From positions 1 through 44,436 of the forward strand of contig CAJOLY010000011.1 in the NCBI GenBank assembly GCA_905235485.1: 44,436 nt of DNA. The letters are read 5' to 3'. Positions 35,801 through 43,200 of this stretch are shown here, one piece after another. The position numbers and the translations under genes were made by a program. Numbering within the stretch: position 1 is the stretch's first letter; each line of letters starts with the position of its first letter. Below the pieces are notes generated by a model, which saw only the letters and a list, made by a program, of their open reading frames with translations, was not told the DNA's origin and ran no database searches. Origin of the DNA: an uncultured Clostridia bacterium (GTDB lineage Bacteria; Bacillota; Clostridia; Christensenellales; UBA1242).

Positions 35801-38336
35801 TTGAATAGTTTTCTGTCAGATTTGTAAGAACATAATTGCTTAATTTCTCTTGTCCGCCAGCAACGCTTGATATGCTTGCATTTGCAACATATTCACCAAC
35901 ATTGATTGTATCAACAACTGTGATCCCGTTTTGTGTGAAATTTATGCTTAAATTTATTGTTTCACCATAAATTGCATCAGCACTATTTGTTTGTGCTGTT
36001 GGGTTTTGTTGAGTACCATTGTAAGTATATGGTATGTTGTTTGTCCAAACAACTGCGACTTCTTTTGGTGATATTGTCCAGTCTATTTCAATATTATTTG
36101 TTGTGCCATCACTCCATTCATAGTTATCTTTATTTTTCAAACTTACAATAATGTTATATGTACCTGCATCTGTTTGCTCATTGTTTACAATATTCATTAT
36201 ATTTGCATCAAAGTTTTGAATATTTGCAATTTGTAATTCCCCGTTGTATGTGTATGTTCCACTAAGTGTTGGTTTTGTGAATGCACCTATTGTTATACTG
36301 AAATCACAAGTTGTATTTGTGAGTGTATAGTTATTTACATTCTCTTGTCCACTAGCAACACTTGATATGCTTGCTGTGGCTGTGTAATTTCCAATTTCCG
36401 TCTGTTCGCCAGTGACAATCAAATTGATTTTTTCTCCACCTTCACCATCAATTGGACTTATTACACTTGGTTTATGACTATTTCCGTCGTATATCCAACT
36501 TGTTGTAGTGTCCCAAACAACTGAAACTTCTTTTGGTGATATTGTCCAACTCAGTTCAATATCATCTGTTGAATTATCACTCCATTTATAATATTCTTCT
36601 TTCAAACTTACAACAATATTATATGTCCCTGCATCTGTTTGCTCATTGTTTACAATATTCATTATGTTTGCATCAAAGTTTTGTATGTTTGCAATTTGTA
36701 ATTCCCCGTTGTATGTGTAAGTTCCACTAAGTGTTGGTTTTGTCAATGCATTTGCTGTTATACTAAAATCGCAAGTTGTATTTGTGAGCAAATAGTTATT
36801 TTTATTTTGCCTGCCACCTACAACACTTGATATGCTTGCTGTGGCTGTGTAGTTTCCAACTTCTGTTTGCTCTTCTGCAACCTCAATATTTATTATTTCT
36901 CCTCTTTCGCCATCAAGTGGAGTTAATACACTAGGAATATGACTATTTCCGTCGTATTTCCAACTTGTTGTTGTGTCCCAAACAACTGAAACTTCTTTTG
37001 GTGATATTGTCCAATCTATTTCGATATTAACTGTTGTGCCATCACTCCATTCATAATTATCCGTGTCTTTTAATCTTACAACTATAGTATATGTTCCTGC
37101 ATTAGTTTGATCATTGTTTGAAATATACATTGTGTTTGAATCAAAGTTTTGTATGTTTGCTGATTGCAACCTGCCATTATAAACATAGGTTCCTGCTAGT
37201 GATATTTCATTGTTTATTGGTCTCTTCTGTACTGTTCCATTAGCTAAACCTGACCATACGATATCATCATATCCTTCTTTGCTTGCAGTAACTTCTAGAT
37301 ATATGTACTTTCCAACAAGACCTTGTCCAACAGTGTAAGTGTCTTCTGTTGCCCCATTTATAACTGTACCACTATTTGTTGAATTTGTATCGTTCGCAAA
37401 CCATTGATATGTAAGATCTGCATTATCTGTGTTTGTAACATTTGCTGTTAAGGTTTCGCCATATATATTTGTTCCAGAAATTGAAACTGAGCCTTGTAAC
37501 TCACTTTCAACCAAGTATATTGTCGTAGTATCTGAATAAACTTTAAAACCTAATGGTACAGTTATGTCAAAAATATCTAAGAGAGCAGAAATTTCTTGTT
37601 GGCCCTCATTTGATATAATTGGATTTGATTCAGCATAATTAAGTCCATCATCGACTGACACATTTATATTTTCATCTGTGATATTAGTTTCAACAAAAAT
37701 CTTTGCCTGTGCTGCTAAATTTATAGTAGTAATATCACAGCTTTCACCAATATAAACGCCTGACTCTTCTCCTGAAGCATTGATTGTTGTAACTTGGCCA
37801 GATGTGCCAATGAAATTGGAATTTGCGTTTAAATTTACTGTGGTTATTTCTCCTTTAGAAAAATTTACAACAGAATTATTATATCCTGTGTATTTAGTTA
37901 TTTTTCCACTTGTCATATTCAAAGATGAATTTTCGCCACCTATGTATTCATTTAAATTTATATTTGAAAAATTTATATTATTACCATTATTTGTAATTTT
38001 TCCTGTTAGTGAATATGCGTTTGTGCCTTTAGATAGAATCGTTATTTTATTTAATTTATTGTTAAATACACCATTTGTACCATCATTTGCAAGCAATGTT
38101 ATTACAAAACTGTTTTCTGTTCCACCAACGCTGTTTATATAAGATACTGCATCTGAAAACGATGCAAACGAAATTTTATCGCCAAAAGTAACTTCTGTGG
38201 TGTATGTAATAGCTTTAACATCATTTTTTGAACTATAATTAAATAGACAAAAACTTCCAAAAGTTGTCACAAACAAAAAAATGAAAAATATCAAAAAATA
38301 AAATTTTAATTTTTGAAAGTTAAAAATTTTTGCCAT
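32823..38336 (-). CDS. giant surface protein (1837 aa): N-terminal signal/anchor, MBG-type tandem modules, Listeria-Bacteroides-type repeats, C-terminal TM plus poly-Lys tail
   Basis: N-terminal hydrophobic 'FYFLIFFIFLFVTTFGSF'. Repeated 'GY.F.GW' units (REGYTFDGW, RNGYNFEGW, KIGYDFDGW, ERYQFNGW) each end in '..YA.W'. C-terminus is 'ILIIIIAASAITVGLITTLFIVIRKKKKK', with no LPXTG. Confidence 0.85.
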   Translation of the reverse strand: MAKIFNFQKLKFYFLIFFIFLFVTTFGSFCLFNYSSKNDVKAITYTTEVTFGDKISFASFSDAVSYINSVGGTENSFVITLLANDGTNGVFNNKLNKITILSKGTNAYSLTGKITNNGNNINFSNINLNEYIGGENSSLNMTSGKITKYTGYNNSVVNFSKGEITTVNLNANSNFIGTSGQVTTINASGEESGVYIGESCDITTINLAAQAKIFVETNITDENINVSVDDGLNYAESNPIISNEGQQEISALLDIFDITVPLGFKVYSDTTTIYLVESELQGSVSISGTNIYGETLTANVTNTDNADLTYQWFANDTNSTNSGTVINGATEDTYTVGQGLVGKYIYLEVTASKEGYDDIVWSGLANGTVQKRPINNEISLAGTYVYNGRLQSANIQNFDSNTMYISNNDQTNAGTYTIVVRLKDTDNYEWSDGTTVNIEIDWTISPKEVSVVWDTTTSWKYDGNSHIPSVLTPLDGERGEIINIEVAEEQTEVGNYTATASISSVVGGRQNKNNYLLTNTTCDFSITANALTKPTLSGTYTYNGELQIANIQNFDANIMNIVNNEQTDAGTYNIVVSLKEEYYKWSDNSTDDIELSWTISPKEVSVVWDTTTSWIYDGNSHKPSVISPIDGEGGEKINLIVTGEQTEIGNYTATASISSVASGQENVNNYTLTNTTCDFSITIGAFTKPTLSGTYTYNGELQIANIQNFDANIMNIVNNEQTDAGTYNIIVSLKNKDNYEWSDGTTNNIEIDWTISPKEVAVVWTNNIPYTYNGTQQNPTAQTNSADAIYGETINLSINFTQNGITVVDTINVGEYVANASISSVAGGQEKLSNYVLTNLTENYSIEKAKLSTPANLSWNVGVVSWIPSNEVNGIEISYNIQLYKDGEILGTTKEVADTPYQYDFTSEIKTSGAGVYTFKVTAISSNVSNCESSDEASSDEQYASNINITAQTGLSAKIADASSYLIINSENNVEIFAIENKGYTFTSWNTSSTNLIIENNFAKNTKISYSSSVSEDIIITANSSTNSFDILFDANEGEGIMDSLTITYDESFAIPTNTFTREGYTFDGWSTTENGNIEFDDEQNLSKDDVNSLYERFNGQDITFYAVWKINSYTIVFDSNGGENCADLVADFDEEISLPVLSRNGYNFEGWFDDEIDNNGTGSQIQWIKMPALSQNSITLYAKWTEKGDTPYKVEHYQMNLDGESFTLIDTDNLTGVSNGTITPNVKTYIGFTAPSTQTTTIDPNGTTIVRYEYTRNKHQFTLNAVEGVDLSQSTQSGNIFYGETVTLKAIVLDGYTWEKWNNDETESDTSFVMPNEEVIISAIVTKNTYTITYDLNGGEVDGTNPTEYTVTDEITLLNPTKIGYDFDGWTGSNGSTPEKSFKILVGSYGDKQFVANWLPSTNTIYKVYHYHMDTNGESYTLIVNDIQELTGTTDDYVSPSVNNYEGFTSPNTQTVQIKADGSTIVEYYYTRNTYQVTWNDYDNSRLSTTTEYYGVFPTYDRETPTRASDSQYNYEFLNWSPNLSAVTGNVTYTAQYRNILKTYQYIVSVTYNATNIPSISVYANDQTGTLNEHNNSVAFTFDYGTTISLYAEIEDNQYSYNLVLNASNISTNKITSINGNTISINSDVTVNLIVTQIFSITAQANDDQMGSITSLDNVKVLYGNLSTYNFEANAERGYNFVGWTNENNAFYINRENELTTTISNIVGDGILVANFEIETYKIVLQIDTKTEIIEYDINTDDFTLPEPQKERYQFNGWIENAGDDPQKDVVIRKGSVGDRQFYAVFIQVENNYILIIIIAASAITVGLITTLFIVIRKKKKKTNKRKAIIFNRPKF
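35800..37215 (-). repeat. three tandem copies of a ~465-bp (155-aa) coding module
   Basis: ctgcatctgtttgctcattgtttacaatattcatta recurs at 36164 and 36629 (period 465), with a diverged third copy near 37095. Peptide unit: 'LSGTYTYNGELQIANIQNFDANIMNIVNNEQTDAGTYNI...WTISPKEV.VVW...NYTATASISSV'. Confidence 0.85.
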
Positions 38337-38440
38337 ATGACCTCCATACTAGTAGCTATACTATTGTTAAATATGTAAATATATTTATTATTTATAGTTT
38401 ATTATATTTTTTTATTTTTATCAACTAATATAACACTTAA

Positions 38441-38475
38441 TATTAAATATTAAATATTAAATATTAAATATAAAC
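38441..38475. repeat. heptanucleotide tandem repeat (TATTAAA)x4 plus a degenerate fifth unit
   Basis: Four perfect copies at 38441-38468, then tataaac. The repeat lies in the divergent intergenic region about 105 nt upstream of the giant gene's ATG. Confidence 0.8.
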
Positions 38476-38641
38476 ATATAACACAAATACTATATTTGAC
38501 TTTACAATTTTATTAAAGCTATAAATATTTAACATATTATTTATTCAATTAAAAAATTAAATAGGTAAATAATTATATAAATTTTTACGATTTGACAGAT
38601 TTATATTTCAATGATACAATATATATAAAATTGAGGGGCTA

Positions 38642-39223
38642 ATGAACTTACATAATAGAATAAAAACTTTGTCAGCTGAGTTAAAAAATATTCAAGAAAA
38701 TGATGGCTTTGTTTGTGATGAAGAAGGTAGAGGAATTATAAATATTGGTGCAGAAAACTATGATGATATTTTTTCGCCATTTTGCTTTAAGGGTGGAGAC
38801 ACATTGTCACTAGAATTGATTGAATACTTGTGGGAAAAACAGGCAGTTGTTCCATTAGACTATGACTTGACATTAAGATTTAATGTAAAAAATGCTTCTG
38901 AAAGCAAACGAAAGGAAATTCAAACCGCAGTAAAAGAAAATTTTGAAAATGATATTCATGCTGCTGAACACAAATTGCATAGGCTCACTTTAATGTCGAT
39001 TTGGTTTATTCTTATTGGTGTTGTGTTAACCGCAATATATTTAGTTGCGTTAAATTATTTTCCTGTTGCAATAACATATATTTTAAATATTTTATCTTGG
39101 GTTTTTGTATGGGAAGGTGTTAGAGCAATGTCACTGGAGCGAAGAACTCTCAAAACGGATAAATTAAGGTCATTGAGACTTGCTGCAGCAAAAATTGAAG
39201 TAAAAGAATTTGAACCATACTAA
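38642..39223 (+). CDS. hypothetical membrane protein (two C-terminal TM helices)
   Basis: 193 aa with SD GAGGGG. Hydrophobic 'LMSIWFILIGVVLTAIYLVAL' and 'ITYILNILSWVFVWEGV'. Confidence 0.6.
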   Translation: MNLHNRIKTLSAELKNIQENDGFVCDEEGRGIINIGAENYDDIFSPFCFKGGDTLSLELIEYLWEKQAVVPLDYDLTLRFNVKNASESKRKEIQTAVKENFENDIHAAEHKLHRLTLMSIWFILIGVVLTAIYLVALNYFPVAITYILNILSWVFVWEGVRAMSLERRTLKTDKLRSLRLAAAKIEVKEFEPY

Positions 39224-39226
39224 TAA

Positions 39227-39253
39227 AAAAGTGGTTATTTCCCACTTTTTTTT
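39227..39253 (+). terminator. rho-independent terminator
   Basis: Stem aaaagtgg/ccactttt, 7-nt loop, extended T-run. Confidence 0.65.
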
Positions 39254-39256
39254 GAT

Positions 39257-39277
39257 TGGAGCAGATGAAGGGAGTCG
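39257..39277 (-). repeat. duplicate of the 3' terminal 21 nt of tRNA-Gly (att-like)
   Basis: tggagcagatgaagggagtcg versus tggagcaggtgaagggagtcg at 39455-39475: 20/21 identical, same orientation, 198 bp apart. Confidence 0.6.
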
Positions 39278-39416
39278 TCGTCACAACTCTCGCTTTTTTT
39301 CATATCTCGCTTCACTCGATATTTTAATCTTCGCTCGGTTGCTCCTCTCTTCAAAAATTTCGCTTCGCTGCTATTTTTGCAGTTCTTTGGGTTCGACTCC
39401 ATTTGCTTTTTATGTT

Positions 39417-39454
39417 AAAAAAAGAAAGTGATCATTTCACTTTCTTTGTTTTTT
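39417..39454. terminator. bidirectional terminator abutting the tRNA-Gly 3' end
   Basis: 11-bp stem aaagaaagtga/tcactttcttt flanked by A- and T-runs. Confidence 0.6.
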
Positions 39455-39528
39455 TGGAGCAGGTGAAGGGAGTCGAACCCTCCTCTAAAGCTTGGGAAGC
39501 TCCAATTCTACCGATAAACTACACCTGC
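39455..39528 (-). tRNA. tRNA-Gly(CCC), CCA encoded
   Basis: Sense strand gcaggtg...ggagc-TTCCCAA-gcttt...gagggttcgactccc...cacctgc-t-cca. Anticodon CCC in a 7-nt loop. Confidence 0.85.
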
Positions 39529-39631
39529 AAGTTTAGGCTATTTACCTAATTGTTTACACTATTAAACTTAATTTTTTATAACACTATAAGTTTAAGTTTT
39601 CATAAACTATATTTTGAGTTATTAACTATTC

Positions 39632-40087
39632 TCACTTTTTCACGGTGCTACCAAATCCACCCACACGTTCTGAAGTAATTTCGGCTTCGTTATCAACGGT
39701 TAAATATTTCATAAAAATTCCTTGACCTATCTTGTCACCAGCTTTGATTTCATATGGTGTGTCACCAAAATTATACAATCTAAAGCCCAAATTGCCATCG
39801 TTAGACACGTTTCCATAGTAATCACTATCAATCACTCCCAAAGTGTTTGCTAGCATAATTTGATGTTTTCCCATACCACTTGTGACGCACAAAAGTAGTA
39901 CTTCATCTGGTTCAAATTGTGCCTTTATATTTGTCCAAATCATTTCCATTGACTTTGGCTCAATAACAATGTCTATTGGTGAATATATGTCATAACCAGC
40001 ACTATTTTTTGTTGCTCTAACTGGCATTTTTGTTGGAATAACTCCATATTTTATTGCATTTTCTTTTACAATCTCAAATTTCCTCAT
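39632..40087 (-). CDS. dut: dUTP diphosphatase (trimeric dUTPase)
   Basis: 'SAGYDIYSP', 'GVIDSDY' and C-terminal motif V 'RVGGFGST'. Confidence 0.9.
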   Translation of the reverse strand: MRKFEIVKENAIKYGVIPTKMPVRATKNSAGYDIYSPIDIVIEPKSMEMIWTNIKAQFEPDEVLLLCVTSGMGKHQIMLANTLGVIDSDYYGNVSNDGNLGFRLYNFGDTPYEIKAGDKIGQGIFMKYLTVDNEAEITSERVGGFGSTVKK

Positions 40088-40211
40088 ACAATTATTATAT
40101 CACAATTAATCAAATATGTATATAAAATAAACTAGTTATTTAGTAAAGATTTCTTTTGTTTTATATGAGATATAAATAAAATATCATTTATATAATATAA
40201 AATTAAATTCA

Positions 40212-40240
40212 CAAAAAAAAGAAAGGTGAAAACCTTTCTT
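40212..40240 (-). terminator. terminator after the second giant surface gene
   Basis: 9-bp stem aagaaaggt/acctttctt with a GAAA loop and flanking A/T runs. Confidence 0.6.
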
Positions 40241-40245
40241 TTTTA

Positions 40246-43200
40246 TTAGCTTTTTTTGAGATATCCATATTGATTTTTGAAATCAATATACTCAAATTTT
40301 TTGTTATATTCAACTTTTGTTACTTGAATAATTGAATCGTTTTCATTTTCAACAGTTTGATCATTTGTTGTATCAACTGTGTCAATTTGATTTTCAATAT
40401 CTTCTTCAAAATAATATTGATCAAATTTACCTTGCTCATCAAGTTTTTCAATTTCAACTTGTTGAATATCATTTTTTGCTTCAAATACTTCTTCCACAAT
40501 TCTTTCACTAGCCAAAGATGTTACATAAGTGTTGCTTGCATTTGAATCATAGAATCCACCACCAAATGATGCTCCGGTCATTTTTGCAACAACCACTGTG
40601 ATTCCAATACTCAAATGGCTTTCATCAATTGTTACAGATGTTGAAGTTGAGCCATTAACTTTTGCTGTATGATTTATGCTTGCAAATGTTTGAACACTGT
40701 ATGTTCCAAATCCAAGACCAGAAATCTCATAAGTTTGACCATGAACCATTATAAATGTCCAAGTTCTTGTGCTAAGTGTGATGTTCACAAAGCCCATAGC
40801 GATACTTTCAGAACCAGTATAACTACTACTTATGGTAATAGTTCCCATATAAATTGTAAGGGTTCCAGTTTCATAGTGAATATCATAATTGCTTGTTCTT
40901 ACATCAGAATTATCTGTTTTGCTAACGATTACTGCTGCACTTGGAGTAATCACTGCACTTGGTATATTTAGTGCACTTGGAGTGAGAGTTATTGAATACA
41001 ACTCATCAAAGCTTGTCAATCCAACAACAGTAACTTGACTTGTGCCCGTTGCAATTGAATCTCCATAGTTTATAGTTTGAGGTTTTGCTGTTATAGTCAA
41101 TGTCTTTTGTTGTACAACAACCAAAAGGCTATTGTTTGCACTGCTTTCAAGAGCAACTCCACTTGCATTTGTGTCACCATGCAATGTAATTGTACAAGAA
41201 TATGTATATGATCCTGCATTTGTCGTTGCTGCGTGAGCGTATGTGCTAAGTGAACCACTTGCATCATCACCCCATTCATATGAGTAAACACTAACGCCAG
41301 CATCAAACGTACCAGAATAACTAGCTGTTATGGTGCTTGCCGTTCCATATGTGAGTGGTAAGTTTTCACTTGATGTCAAACTCACTGTTGGTGCAGAAAG
41401 AGTTGTTGCATCAAAACGAATTGTGCTTGTATCTGCTCCAACTGTGAAATTATTACCAATAATTGAACCCGCACCAGTAAGGGTGTACTCAACACCAGAG
41501 TATCCGTTTTTGTATGTTTTTGTGACTGAGCTAAGATTTACAACTGTGCCATAATCCAAAGTTTTTGTGATTGTTGTGTTTGTTCCAGTCCAACCATCCG
41601 CAACAATTTTGCTGATACCAGCCCCTGCTGTGAGAGTTATGGTGTATGAATTAATCTGCCATTGTGCATATAAGGTTATACTTCCATTTGCTGTTGATAC
41701 TAGGTTACTTACACTTGTTGTTGTTGTGCTCTTTGGCAATCCTGTATCGTTTGTTAATCCACTTATTGCATTTCCAGCACTATCAGCCCATCCATTGAAT
41801 GTGTATCCTGTTCTTGTCAATGTTGCTGTGAATGTGCCTGCTGAATCATATGTTCCAGTCAACTGACTATTTGCTGTTTTCACACTCAATCCACCAGTTG
41901 CTGATAGGCTTGAAATTGAACCACCTGTCCCAGCATTTAATGTGATTGTGTAGGTGTTTGCTGTCCAGTTTGCATAGAGTGTTACATTTGCATTTGCTGT
42001 GTAACTTATTGTGTAATCTGGTGTGGCTTTTATTGTTGATGAGTTTGCAACCCAACCATTTGGTGTGTAACCTGTTTTGGTTAATTCATTTGCTGTTATT
42101 GCTCTTGCTGTTCCATGAACTTTGTATATTGTGCTTGGAACTATTCCACTTGTATTGCCATTGCCGTTATATTCAATTGTATATATTTGCCATACATACA
42201 TATTCCATGTTTCATCTGTTGTGCCAACTGTCCATGTTGTTGAATATGTATTTTGTATTGCTTCGCTTGGTGTGTTTGCGTTGTTTATGTAGTAGTTCAA
42301 GTTAGCAGTCTTTTTGGTTATGGTTATTGTTACTGATGAACCATAGTTTGCTGTAAACTCTGCATATGTTGTGCCAGTTGTTGCAATATCTTTTGATGTT
42401 GTACCATCAGATACTGTCAAGCTGGTTGCTGTGTCAACTGTTGCACCTGCATAGTTCACTCTCAGTTTGTGTGAATCTATTTGCCACCCAGCTGTGAGTA
42501 TTGGATTTCCCACTTTACTATATGAATTTGACAATGTGGCACTTGCCACTGTTATTGTGGTTATTCCTGCATTTTGCTCTATTGTTGTGGTGTTTGCCAA
42601 TGTATAGCCTATTCTTGAACCTGTGATTTTGGTTATTGCTGTTGGACTACTTCCGTCACCAACATAATTTAGTGTTGTTGTTGAGTAGTACAATGTTGTG
42701 TCACCAATCTTTGCCCATACATTTGTTGTTCCATTCGAACTTACTGTGTAATCTGTGCTATGTGTAAATGTTACACTTGTTCCTGAATTTAAGTTGAGAC
42801 TAACTTTATAATAATTTGCTGCCCAAGTTGCAACAAGTGTTCCATCTCCTGAACTTGTATATGGGTCACTCAACACATATGCCAAAGTGCTTGCGCCTTT
42901 TGCTGGTGATACTGCAATTGTTGCTCCTGTGCCTGTGAATGATGTTAAGGTGTAGCCGTCATAGTTTGCTGTTATACCTGTTATTTCATATTTTGTTCCA
43001 CTTACATCTACATATAATTTATTACTATCATATAATCCATATATTTCAGTGAATGCGGTTGAACTTGTTCCGTTATATGAAATTGTGAATGTTCCACCAT
43101 TTTTTGTTAGAGCTATTCTATAATAATCTGCTTCCCACTTTGCCCAATATTCTTTGTTTCCATAACTACCAGTTGGTATTGAAGTTTGTTGTTCTCCTGT

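Noticed and set aside
38441-38475. The tandem 'tattaaa' units considered as a CRISPR-like or other array.
   Set aside because: The units are 7 nt with no spacers, so this is a simple microsatellite.
39330-39412. Possible plus-strand tRNA or tmRNA, because of the T-loop-like 'gggttcgactcc'.
   Set aside because: The flanks cannot form a T-stem or acceptor stem and no CCA-proximal pairing exists. It is treated as a fragment copy of the tRNA-Gly T-arm.
39210-39431. 73-aa plus-strand ORF downstream of the 193-aa membrane protein.
   Set aside because: It runs through a terminator, the tRNA-Gly 3'-end duplicate and 'tcgcttc' repeats. It has no SD and is more likely an integration scar than a gene.
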